Positions 1 to 12,601 of a DNA stretch of 64,000 nucleotides are shown in pieces. Position 1 is the first letter of the stretch; every line of letters starts with the position of its first letter. The notes beneath the pieces are model-generated. The model was given only the letters and a program-made list of their open reading frames with translations, was not told the DNA's origin and made no database searches. The stretch comes from Octopus vulgaris (taxonomy: Eukaryota). Position numbers and translations under genes: made by a program. The stretch is taken from NCBI GenBank assembly GCA_951406725.2, contig OX597822.1, forward strand, positions 17,360,001-17,424,000, in the 5' to 3' direction.

Positions 1-649
1 TCCAATAATACTCTTATGGAGGTGATACCATCCATTCTGCCTTTAACCTTTTGCTCCCAAATGTGATCCATATACAACCTAGATATCTCATGTCATATTT
101 GCACTGCTTTCATGAGCACAGTTTTTGATGGGGTCATAATAATCATGTCTCTTTCAAAAGTACAAAAATACAATGACCACATGTACCAAGAAAACATATA
201 TTCGGCATCAAAACAACAACAGTAGGAAGACTGCAGAACAAAATCTGGTAATTTTTTTTTTTTTCCAAATCAGAAAATTCTTCAGCTTTAACAAATACTG
301 TCCTCTAAAAAGCTCAAATGAACACTATCAACACATAAAGGACATTTTAGACCACTTTAAAAAAAAAAAAAGCTAGAGAAGAAAACATCAAAGTTGCATT
401 GCCAAAGAACTCTAAGTTCTGACTAACAGACATTCTGTCTCTTCAAACTGCTTTTTCTGCCACTACTAGAGAGGCTGCTGCTCCTCAGATCTAACTGGCC
501 TAGTGATACTTTCAAAAAGACTTCCCCAAACCATCTGTATCTGTTCTTCTTATCAGCCATAAAGAGCCTACACCAAACATCCAATGCCAAGAATGTAGAG
601 CCACCTTGAATTCTTTTCCTGTCAATTTTCAACTATTCAAACAGAGACT

Positions 650-1062
650 TGGCAGTGTGGTAAGAAGCTTGCTTCCCAACCACATGATTCTGGGTTCAGT
701 CCTATGGTGTGGCACCTTGGGCAAGTGTTTCTGATTATAGTTTTGGGCTGACCAAAGCCTTGTGAGTGCATTTGGTAGGTGGAAACTGAAAGAAGTCCAT
801 TGTATATATTTATATGTATATATCTGTGAGTGCGTGCGTGTGTGTGTGAGTGTGCGCGCATGTGTCTTTGTGTCTGTGTTGTCACTCCACCATCGTTCTA
901 CAACTGATGCTGGTGTGTTTACATCACTGTAAGTGACCAATAAGATAAGTTCTAAGCTTACAAACAGTAAGTCCTGGGGTAGATTTCTTTGACTAAAACA
1001 TTGTAAGGCAGTGCTCCAGAATGGCCACAGTCAAATGACTGAAACAAGTAAAAGAATAAAAA
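650..1062 (+). mobile_element. tRNA-headed SINE family A (other copies at about 30330-30645, 32600-32990, 33762-34170, 34834-35150 partial, 35925-36330, 53860-54030)
   Basis: gtgtggtaagaagcttgcttcccaaccacatg..gggttcagtcc..gcaccttgggcaagtgt..ccaaagccttgtgagtg..gaaactgaaagaag, an internal (TA/GT)n, and the tail gtgctccag..tggccacagtcaaatgactgaaacaagtaaaag. Confidence 0.85.
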
Positions 1063-1229
1063 CCTAATGAGAGCCTTTATGCAGTCATTTGACCTGTTAG
1101 AAATAGCATTCAAATTGTGCTTTAAAATAAGAAGGATATACTGAATAAAGAAGTATTAGATATACTATCAACGTGAAAATAACAAAAACAGGATAGCCAT
1201 GCCATGCACAAAACACATTTGATCCTAGG

Positions 1230-2160
1230 GCTTGCTGTGTCAGATGATTGGACAGGAGAGCCAGCAAGCCAGAAGACTGGACCAAGCTCTGCTGTTTGTT
1301 TTATCATGGTCTCTATGGTTGGATGCCCTTCCTAATGTTACCCACTTTACAGTGTGTACTGCGTGCTTTTTACGCAGCACCAAGTAACTTGCAAGACAAG
1401 ACCCCCCCAACTGATGGGTAAGCAGTATTGAGGGAAGTGGCTTAGTGCCAGGTGATGAGAAGTTAGATTATGAAGAGAGACAGAAACAAGTTACTTCAGT
1501 TGGAGAGAGAATGGAAAAAGAGAGTGGTGAGATCAAGAAGAGATAAGAGAGGAGAGAGATGGTGAAGATGTAATGTGGCATACAGCCAAGTTGCAGGGAA
1601 GTGTGTAGTGAAGTGAACCAGGGGTTGAATAGGATGAGTGGGATGTGGAGGGGAGGGGAATGTAGTGAGTGGGCACAAACAGAGGGAGGGGCATGGATAT
1701 GTTGTAGGGAAGAGATGGACAGGGACATATTGTGTGAAGGTGGATTTGTGAGGAAAGTGAGAGAGAGAGATGAGGGGTATGCAGCGAGTGGGGAATACAA
1801 ATGGGGGAAGGTGTTGGGAAGGTTGATGTAAAGGAAAGGTTTGTTAGGGACAGATTGTATACAGGAGCATGGACATAGAGGTCACACCATTTTGGCCATG
1901 ATTTTACTCGGCTGGGTAGGTTTTCTCAAGCAGAGCAAGTCACCAATTGGTCCATTGTCATCTCCTCTGTGAGGCTCAAAATCTGAAGATTATTTTCCAA
2001 AATTTCCTCCCATATCTTCCTAGATCTTCTTCCACATTTCTTCCATATTTAGAGATCATTATGAAGCTGTCTTCATCCATACACATCACATGACCAAAAA
2101 AGAGCAGTCTTCTCTCTTGCACAATACATCTGATGCCCATCTTCAGGAAAACATTCACAC
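1230..2160 (-). mobile_element. Old RTE LINE 3' fragment with pyrimidine-rich 3' UTR
   Basis: ORF 1976-2158 MGIRCIVQERRLLFFGHVMCMDEDS. GA-rich tract on + at 1500-1860. Tail motif ggatgcccttcctaatg. Confidence 0.75.
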
Positions 2161-4258
2161 TTAAAATTCACATATCTCAACATCAAACTTGAAACAATAT
2201 TTTGAACCTTCACCTGGAAAATTTATATGTTGAAAATATCAAAAGCTACATTGAACACGTTATTATACCAAAACATGTTACTTATAAACAAATGTGGATT
2301 CCATTCATTATATGCAATTCTATCATGTACTCCAGTAAAACCAGTTTTTCAAATGTTAGTTTAATGAAGTATATTTTGTAACGTAGCATTTGTCATCTGA
2401 TGATGAATGGAGACTAAACTGCCTGAAACATGTTTGAAAATAGTGAGAGAGAGAAAAAAGAAAAATAACAGAAAATATCTGCCATATGGCATTATGATCA
2501 AATACAGGCGATAAACCATGATTTTAAGGCTGATAGGCAAATTTGATTATCCAATTGAATTCTAAGGTTAGTAGCCATGATGATAGTATGATAATCCAAA
2601 GGAAGAAACTGCATTGAATGTATGGTAATCAATCTTCAACAACGGAAATCTAGTTCTGAAGAATATATATTTCTTGACAACACATTGCAATGGATGCTAA
2701 ATAATCATTTGTATTGTAAGTTACAACACTTTGCAAAAATGACTATACACACACAAAATGATGTGCAAACACTGAAAACAAATGCTGTTTTAATTCCTTC
2801 AGAATATAAATGGTATACCACCAATGCCTGTAAAATCAACCTAACTGACAAAGTCTCTTCAGAAACTTTCTCTTTTGCAGAGAGACAACATAGCCTAAAA
2901 CAGAGGTGTCAAACTTGTTGGAGCTGCTTGAGGCTTCAAATTTACACATATACACTTTTGTGCATTCACACACCTACACACACACACACTAGTAAATGGT
3001 TGCATATGTAGGGCAAGTTGGCCATGTCACTTCTCAGCCTGTTTGAAGATCAGCATTGTAAACAAATATATGGTGATGACATCTCACATGAAAGTATAAA
3101 CTTTCACATGTACCAAACATATGCATGGTTCTCAACTGACTGGTTGTCATCCTATTGCCAATTTATATGCTGCACATATTGTCAGCCAACCAGGAGTAAC
3201 AATATAAAAGCACTGATTGATCTGTTCATTCCAGTATAGCTCATAGAAACCTATTTCTATGATATCTGTGATTCTAGGACTTTGCCAGGCAGTAACAGCA
3301 ATTTATTTATTTCTACTTGAATATGATCCCATGTGGAACTGCAAATAGTATCAATGTAAAAGGAACATGTGACCGACGTATAGGTCAAAAACAGATGTCA
3401 TCCTATTATGAATGTATAGAAGGTGTAACTTGTCTACCATCGAAACTTATATGTAAGTATGTAAGATAGAGATAGATCTAAGAAAGCACAACGCCACATG
3501 GTTGAGAACATACTAAAAAACTTGAGAATACAAGCAAAAACTAATTTGACTCCAGAGTGAACTATACAAACCTTTTGACATAAAATTTGGAATGTGTCTT
3601 ATTTTATTGAAGAGTGAAAGGTTTTGATAATACTCATAAGAATATCAAGGTACCTAAGTTAGACAAACGTGTAGGATAAAATTATACAAATTGCATGACA
3701 AAAACATTGAGAAACTTCAAGAACACTTCAGATGGTGATTTCTGTAGTTAACGTGAAGAATTTGATGATTACCAATAGTGTAGAGTAAAACACATGGATG
3801 GTACAGGCATTTTATTGTTTATGTTGTTATTGCTTTATAAACAACAAGGATGCTTGGCCAACAGGTACTTCTATATTTGTTAGAGATGGTAGCTATATGT
3901 TCTAGTACTGGCATTTTTGATATTTCTTACATAACAATATGTAACATAAATCATCTGCAGTCTTGTGAAGATTCCCCTCAGATGTAGAAGATACTATAAT
4001 TCACAAACTAATCAGTCTCTTTTTTGAGTGCCGAGAGGCTGGGGGAATATCTAAAACAATAAGCATTTTCTACAAAATACCCACATAAGAAATACAAGAA
4101 TACGGGAAGCTAAAAGGAAATATCCAGATTGAAGATTCCGTTACAGATAGATTTCGATTACACAATTCAATAGCAGCAGAAAGTAAATAATGAAAATAAT
4201 ATTTCCGAAAGCAAAAGAATCATGAGAAACTGTTGAACAGTAATGATGATAATGATTA

Positions 4259-4301
<43 letters not shown>

Positions 4302-5029
4302 ATATGTACATATGTATATTTATATCATCATCATCCACTTCATTGTACATATATATAGCTTTCCAATACATTTACAAAAAAATGAACTCATAATGCTTAA
4401 ATAATTTCAGTTTTCTTTTACAGAAATAAATAATTAGTTTTCTTGATTGCTTATGCCATTTTGGAAGCAAAGCCATTTCATCAGTAAATCTCAGCTTAGA
4501 AGTTCACCTTAATCTAAATTTCTGTCATTTAAATTATCCAGAATCAGACTGAAATATTATTTAACCTTTTAAATTTTGCTTCAATAAGATGTCCAAAAAA
4601 GCAAAAAAACCATCAGAAACTCTGGAGTGATCAGTGGAGATAAAAAAAGGGAAAAATGAAAGTGCAGCTGGTAATTTTGAGTTTAATAAATTTTAATATA
4701 ATGGTTGTAAGACATCAAGTTTATTTTAAGTGAATGTCTTCAAATCAAAAAAATTTTCACAGATGCACATTCCATATTAGTTGGTACACATAATGATTTG
4801 TTCAACCTGCCAAGAGATATGGCAACACCAGAGCTGAAGGAAAGTGAAGATATTGATTTCTAACATAAGCACAAGGCCTCAAATTCTGGGCTTCAAGTAT
4901 AGTCAACACTGACCCAGGTACTTGACTAGCACTCACTTTATTGACCTCAGAAGGATGAACAACAAAGTTAACCTCAGCAGGATTTAAAAGCAGAACAAAA
5001 AAGATTGTTACTAAATATCACTCACTTGT

Positions 5030-5360
5030 TGAAAATACTGGCACTCTGACAGTTACAACAAGGGTTCCAGTTGGTCTGATCTCAATGGTAAAGCTTGCCT
5101 GTGGAATTACTTTTCAAGTGGCTGAGCAGTCAACAGCCCATGTACCCTTAATGTGGTTCTCAGGGAGATTCCACATAACACAGAATGTGACAAGGCTAGC
5201 TCTTTGAAATACTGGTACTATTCATTTTTGCCAGCTAAGTGGACTGGAGCAATGTGAAATAAAGAATCTTGCTCAAGGATACAACAAGCTGTCAGGAACA
5301 GAACTCATGACCTTCTGATTGTGAGCCAAATACTCTAACCACTAAGCCATATGCTTTCAT
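5030..5360 (-). mobile_element. tRNA-headed SINE family C
   Basis: Reverse strand tggcttagtggttagag...gagttctgttcc..ccttgagcaag..ctttatttcacattgctccagtccac. Confidence 0.7.
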
Positions 5361-5811
5361 TACTTGTTCAAAATACGATTCTGAAAGACATCATGTTTCC
5401 AAGCTCTTTATTTGAGCTAACAAGAGAAACCTCTCTAGCCAGAAGTAGGAGTCAAATATTTCACATTTTACACCCTACAATCTAATAAAAAAGAAACATG
5501 TATTGTATAATACAACACTGGATATATAAAAAAAAAAACCTTGTTGGCCAAATTGATATGTTTTAAGTTTTCAACAATAGCATGTTTTATGCTTACACTA
5601 AAATGTCTCGTAAAAGCTTACTAGTGATTGAAATGGGAAATGGTTAACAATAGTTCCAAATGTTGAAGTGCTAACATTTACGAATTTAATCAAGAAATGC
5701 CTTCAGAGATAATGAATATATGAAATAATTTCAAAGCAATCTATTCAAATTAAATTATCACTCATTGATTGACAAAACTGAAACCATTTTATTGTCAATA
5801 TTACCATTAGT

Positions 5812-6035
5812 CTAAGGTGGTGAGCTGGTGGAATTGTTAGAACACCAGGCAAAATGTTTAGAGGCATTTTGTTTGTCTGAAAGTTCTGAGTTCAAATTAC
5901 AACAACATAGACTTTGCCTTTCATCCTTTCAGGGTCGATAAAATAAGTACCAGTTGAGAACTGGGGTTGATGTAATTAATTTAGCACCCCACTACCCCTG
6001 AAATTACTGGCTTTGTATCAAATTCTGAAACCAAC
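5812..6035 (+). mobile_element. SINE family B (copies at about 4850-5020-, 7866-8060+, 23550-23710+, 25270-25410+, 32370-32545-)
   Basis: taaggtggtgagctgg..gagttcaaatt..gactttgcctttcatcctttc.gggtcgataaaataagtaccag recurs at each site. Confidence 0.8.
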
Positions 6036-7759
6036 ATTTGTTAGTTTCCAGTAGTTCAAATATGATTTTCAAGTAGACTGATATACTTGTTCTCAGTCAT
6101 TCCTGAGTAAACTTGACTGTCTGTTTGCCTGTCTCCAAGTTTTACTCTATTCCAGAAACTGAATATCAACTACTCCTACCATTGGTTCAGCAAATAAATC
6201 CCGAAGTAGTCTTATAAACTCAGACTATTAAAGGCATAAAACTTACTACACCAACCAATATCTCTAATGAGTAGCCTATTTCTCAACTCACATGGAATTG
6301 GACGAATTGTTTCAGCTGAGATGCTTTGTGATATCTGTTCTTGTTCTTTCTATTCTGGAGGCAATGCCTCCAACAACACCAGTTCCAAGCAGTACTGAAC
6401 TTGATCATTCTTTTGGGCAACATGAGTGACATGGAGTGAAGAATTTGCTGCATGATTAACTACTGGCCTTGCATAAAAATACTTGTTCAAGGCTATCTAT
6501 ATCTTGGAAAGAAACTTTCCAGATGCAGATAGTTAACCTTGTCCAACAGAAGCCTTATGTACACACAAAAATACATATACATACAAGGAAAGCAAACAAG
6601 AGTAGAGGTGAGAGGGAGGGGGGAGTTAAATTTGCCAAACTTCATATCACTTAAAATAAACACAATGCAAAATGTTTTTTGAGAAATTAGCTTCTTTTCA
6701 TAACCAAATTTCTATCATCTTTAATGAATGTCATAAAAGTTTCATCCCTTGCTGTTTCTTGGATTACTTCACACCTTAAAAATACAATTGTTATGATTTC
6801 ACCCTTCCACATTCAGATTACTCTGCCAATATGTAACGCTTATTTATACACAATGTTTTGTATTAATCATGCATTATCTCATAGCTTTGAGATTTTGATG
6901 ATACGATTGTTTATTTTAAGGATGACACCACACTGACTCCTACCTCCAATCTTTTTTTCCCAGGATGCTGACCTTCAAGAATTTCTTGCCAACATAATCT
7001 TTTTTACAGATGGAAATGTTCAAGAGGAAAATCAATCTGACTAACCACAAAAGAAGGCCAAGGGTATAGACCCAAATCTCCAACTCTAAGCCAAACCAAT
7101 AATGAAAACAGGGGGATAGGAAAGAAATGGCAGCATGAATGAAATGTCTATATACAGCTATAATGAAAAATATTGATATTTTTGCTTAATTTAAATACTT
7201 TGACTAAATACTTATTTTCCAAAGAAATATATCTTAGAGGAAAGAAAAATATAAACCAAGCAATAAAAAAAATATTGAAATGAAAACATCAAGTCGATTT
7301 TTCTCAAAAAACTAAAATATGACTCTGCAATTATAAAGACCATATGAACTTCAAGTAGACATTAAATATTAGTCAAACTGCTAATATCTTAAAACTTTTA
7401 TTCACAGTTGTTTGATCATTTTTTAGCACAGTTGAAAAATTAAGGCTAGTCTGATTAATAAAGTCAGTTTACCAAGAAAGCAAAATAATGAATGAAGATT
7501 AATTGATGCTGAACATTTTTAAAATTTCAATAATCAAAATAAATTAATAAAAAATGGTTATGTTTTAACAACACCAACAACACCAATAGACATTTCTGAT
7601 TTATGCAAGCATTTTTGAGGTTTGTCATTTATGCACAAAGAAATGATTCAGTATCATCACTAGAACATGACTGGTACTTTATTTTGTTGACCCTGCAGGG
7701 ATAAAATAACATGTGATAAGAAAGTGCCTGTGCAAACCAAGCGCAATGAATAACACGTA

Positions 7760-7794
<35 letters not shown>

Positions 7795-8084
7795 TAATAA
7801 TGATAATAATAATAATAATAATAATAATTATTATTATTATTAATAATAATTATTATAATAACTATTAAGGTGGCAAGCTGGGCAAAATTCTTAGTGGCAG
7901 TTTGCCTCTCTTTAATTCTGAGTTTGAATTCCACCAAGGTCCACTTTGCCTGTCATCCTTTTGGGGTTGGTGAAATAGGTACCAGTTGAGTAATGGAGGT
8001 TGATGCAATCAACTTAGCCCTTCCCACAAAACTTCAGACCTTGTGCCTATAGTTGAAAGGATTATTATCATCATCATTGTTTTA

Positions 8085-8745
8085 CTTCTGGCAGGTTCTG
8101 TGAGAGCGAACAGTAGCCTGCTGTCAGAGGTCTCACAGGGTCTCTTTCCACACAATATAAGCTTTGATACTTGGTTGTTAATTATTGTGGGAGACATTGA
8201 ACATCCAAGTACCAATCTCAAAATCCTAGCTGTCCCTAGCATAGCAGGCTTCCTCTGCTCTCATGACAATTCTGATTTCTCTGACATATTTCTCAAACTT
8301 GGTTGTCAGTGCCCTGAGTGCCCCCACAACTACTGGAATGACAGACACTCTCCTTATAGTCCACATTCTTGCAATTTCATCTTTTAGTAGTCTGTACTTT
8401 TCAATCTTTTCTCATTGTTTGTCACTTTTGCATGCATCTCCAGGTATTGCTACATCTATGATTTTAGTTTCCTCTTTTTTCCTTTATCTATCACAAGAAT
8501 ATCTGGTCTCTGAGCCTTGATTAGGGAGTCACATTGGATTATAAATCCAACAGTATCTCATGTTCCTTGTTCTTCTGGTTCATGTTAGTACCATTTCTGT
8601 GCTCTGTTCAGGCTGTACTTTACACATAACCTCCAGTGGACAAACCTAGCCACGTTATACTTCCTTTTGTAGTGCTTTGAGCCAGCTTGCTACACTCACT
8701 CACGATATGTGAGATTGTTTCATTTCTGCTGCCACACATCCTATG
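8085..8745 (-). mobile_element. R4/Dong-type (restriction-like endonuclease) non-LTR retrotransposon 3' fragment
   Basis: Reverse strand: zinc-knuckle part RMCGSRNETISHIVSEC, then VARFVHWRLC, RPDILVIDK..IIDVAIPGD, EKIEKY..LKDEIARMW, VIPVVVGAL, LGTARILRLVL. Ends in a (gat)/(aat) tail. Confidence 0.85.
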
Positions 8746-8936
8746 AAGGGGCAATTTGCTACTTTTATTTATTTGGAACTGGGTGTAATTAGTTTTCAGC
8801 GCTTGTTCCTGGGTGCTGCTTCTATCTCTCTCTCTCTCTCTCTCATATCGTCGTCACCATCATCATCATCGTTATTATTATTATTATTGGGGCATTTCTT
8901 CTGGCTATATATATCAGTTAAAGATATACTCATAAA

Positions 8937-9067
8937 GATGTGGCAGTGTGGTAAGAAGCTTGCTTCCCAACCACATGGTTCCAGGTTTAATACCACTGCA
9001 TGACGCTTTGGCAACCAAAACCTTATGAAGAGATTTGGTAGACAGAAACTAAAAAAACTTGTCATAG

Positions 9068-9115
<48 letters not shown>

Positions 9116-9360
9116 ATGTGCATGTTATTGTCTTCTTGCATTTGACACCATGTGATAGTTGTAAATGATTGCCACTTTGTTTCTAATCTTCTGTGAAAAA
9201 ACATGTCCAGCAGCCATGAGGTAAATATTACCTGACTTGGAAACAGTTGAGGGCTGGCAACAGGGAAGGCATATGGCCATAGAAAATCCACCTCAATAAA
9301 ATTCTATCTGCCCCATCCAAGCATGGAAAAGGGGTTGTAAGAAACAATGATGCTGATGAT
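8937..9360 (+). mobile_element. SINE with family A head but an RTE-like tail
   Basis: Head as in family A. 3' part ggcaacagggaaggcat..cccatccaagcatggaaaag..tgatgctgatgat. A similar 3' part occurs at 54830-55070. Confidence 0.7.
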
Positions 9361-9419
9361 ATATATATATACATACTTTCTCTCTTTCTCTCTCTCTCTA
9401 TTTCATACACACACACAAA

Positions 9420-10760
9420 TAAATAAAATCCTCATCATACAATGTCTGATTGCAATGCTGGTACAGGTTGGACAGTTTGACAGAATCCAAGTCAGAGGTC
9501 TGCTGTAATTCTGCTTTGGCATGACTTTTAAGGTTGGATTTTTACAGAGTCTGCTAGGTGCATTTTTCGTAACACCAGCACTAGTGAGGTCACCAAGTAA
9601 CTTGCAAGTCAAAGAAAAAAAGATTCCTCAACTAAGTGGGCTTCTGACAGGAAGGGAGCTGACTTTATAGCAAGTGTTGAGAGACTAAAGTATAATAGAG
9701 GAACAAATACAGGTGTCTTGCTATAAAGAGAATACAGAGCTACAACATGTTATAAAAGGGTGGGAGAAGCTGCGTGGGAGTAGCTGGAAGGAAGACAAAA
9801 GATGTGGTGACATGCATACTCTCATAGTAGAAAGTGAGCATAAGAGAGAACAAGGACAAATAACTGGGGAGGGTGGTTAAATAAGTTCATAAGAGTGTGA
9901 GAAGGAAGTGACAGATGACTAGAGATGGGGTAGAAGTGAATGTAGAGAATGATGAACAAGGGTGGTGTCACAGATAGTAAATATCAGAATGGGGATAGGG
10001 TGGGGATGAAAGAATTAGGGAGTGGCTCAGGAAGGGGAAAGTGATAAGTTGCAGTACAGGAAGGATGGAGAGCAGCAGTACAATAAACCAGTAGACAGAT
10101 CGAAAGATAGGGAGGTGCTGAGCAGGATAAGAAAGTGGTAGAGAGAAACAGAGATGTACAGTGACAGAGATGGATGTCAGAGATATATTGGGGTAGCTGT
10201 AATGAGAGGAGGACAAAGAGGGTGGGTTGTCAACTGCAGATAGGAACGAGGGTGTTAAAGATGAGATATGGCAGTCTTAAGATGTAGCTCAGAAGAGAGT
10301 AAGAGACAACTGGAGGAACAAAAAATGGTGATCAGTGGAAAATAAATTGGGAAGGGATGATACTGAGAATGCAAAATGGATTTTAAAGGAGAGAGAGGGG
10401 CAACTGGTAGAACAAAGTGGACTGAAATAGATATTCTGCTCCCATATGATTAAAGTTGCTTATAGTGCCAGAATTAGAACAGTGGTAGAAGGATGGATGA
10501 GTATGGGAAAGACTTGAAAAAGACAGGGTCCAGTGAGTGTACAGCCATAAACATAATACTTTTAGGATCTCACTTTCACTGTAACAGATAGGTCTTCTTG
10601 AGCACAACAAATCTCAAATCATTTCAATCCTTTGTCATCTTTTGAGTGAGGTTCATCATGAAATCAGATTACAATAATTTGTTAGATGTCTTCTAGGGGC
10701 TCCTTCTACACATTCCATCCACATTTAGTGATTGACACTGCTTTTAGACTTTCACACAGT
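9420..10760 (-). mobile_element. Old RTE LINE 3' fragment with long pyrimidine-rich 3' UTR
   Basis: Tail motifs at 9430-9610, purine-rich + strand at 9760-10520, degenerate RT C-terminus at 10590-10750. Confidence 0.65.
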
Positions 10761-11189
10761 TTTTGTGTAATTTCCACCTACGAAACATAAATCGATCTGG
10801 AACTTTTAGAAGAGTAGAATCCAATCCATGCATACAAGGTAATCTCAAATAGGATGAGGATGATATAAGACATTGCTAGCATGGGTGGGACGGTTTCACA
10901 AGAGCCAGCACTCTTCAATTCGCAGCTTAAAACTCTACTATATGCTTCAAGAAGGGCAAGCATTTTGCCAGTCAGAGAGCATAATTAGGTCTGAAAGTCA
11001 CAGATAACATACATAATTTGAAATGAAAAGGATTTTAACTATTCATCCTATTGTTAGGAATTTTCTAACACAAAAAATTGTTACGCTTGAGCTTATTAGG
11101 TAGTAAAAACTAGGTATTAAGAGTCAACAGAAATGGAGCCTTCAATGCTCCACCGTATGTGTAATGTAAATGTATATGTTTGACAGTGT

Positions 11190-11720
11190 GCTAGTGTTTT
11201 GAGAGAGAAGTTAGACATAAGAGGAATTAGTTGCTGTGTGCAAGAGAGAAGACTACACTGGTTTGGTCACGTGATGCAGATGGATGCTAACAGCTCCATG
11301 AAGATGTGCTGACCTCTCAAAATTGATGGAGTACATGGAAGTGGGAGACCCAGGAAGTCATGGGATGAAGTATTGAAGAACAGCCTCAGGATGCTGAACC
11401 CTTCAGGCAAGATGACAAAGGACCGAGATGCCTGGTGCCTTCCAGTACTCAAGAAGACCCACACTCCACAACAGAAGTGTTAAGACTGGTCCCTCTGGTG
11501 GTGAAAAGCACCTGTGGCAATGCCACATAAAAATGCCCATGCAGTGCCATGTTAAAGCACCCAGTACACTGTGTAAAGTGGTTGGCATTAGGAAGGACAT
11601 CCAGGTATAGAAACCAAGCAAAATCAGACTAGAGTCTGGTGCAGCTCCCCAGCTTGCCAGCTTTGGTCAAACCATCCTACCCATGCCAGTATGGACAATG
11701 AGCATTAAATGATGATGACA
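11190..11720 (+). mobile_element. RTE LINE 3' fragment
   Basis: REKLDIRGISCCVQERRLHWFGHV..GRPRKSWDEV, then 3' UTR and gatgatga tail. Confidence 0.85.
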
Positions 11721-12566
11721 ACTTCTTCTTCAGGAAATAATAAATCTTCCTTTCTCATTCAACAAATCACTGTATCAGAAATATTTGCACAGAAATATTT
11801 GTATCTTATATTTCAATGAACAGGATAACACAACCATTTGCTTGTCATTGATTTACCTGCACGCGTGAGTGTGTGTGTGTGTGTGTCTTGTTTTCATAAA
11901 CCATTTTATGTTTACTTTTAATGTACTCACATGAACCTGCACATAAGTACCCATGCATGCTCACTACACACAAACGCATAATATATCTTATAGCATTAAA
12001 TGCCATACTGATTTACTAACATACCTGCATGCAGGTACATACTGGAGACATGCAATGACAAGTTTATAGTTTTAAAGTTATTTGAAATTCCTGCTGTCTA
12101 TCAATAAATAAATCTGCTCAAACTATTACATTTCAAGAGAGATTGTCTCTTTGTCAAATATTTGACACATATGCAGTTAATTAGTCTTTCATAACACTTG
12201 AGACTAGTCCATTGATCCCGACAGCATTTTCTTGGATTCTTTAAGTAGGCAATTCTGTTTGTATTAATGTCATATTTACATTCCATTATCATTTCTTACT
12301 TTTTCTTTTTTCTTTTTTTTCACAATACAGCAACACACAAAAATGAAAAACTCAACTCAATTTTTCCATAAGAAAATGCGATTTTTAATGCCATCATAAA
12401 ATTAATCATTTTAAACAGGTAAATTTTGATAATTTTGTGAGTGAGTGCGTGTGTATCTACATATACATATATGACTATACCTATATATATACATATATCA
12501 TCATTTTACATCCACTTTCCACTTTAACTGGCATACAGTGGGGACACACACACTCACACACTCACA

Positions 12567-12601
<35 letters not shown>

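Noticed and set aside
10782-10990. Apparent minus-strand exon (AG/GT flanks, hydrophobic ORF MLAMSYIILILFEITL)
   Set aside because: It contains the RTE tail motif aaaccgtcccacccatgctagca, has stops in all three frames from the acceptor, and does not resemble RXYLT1.
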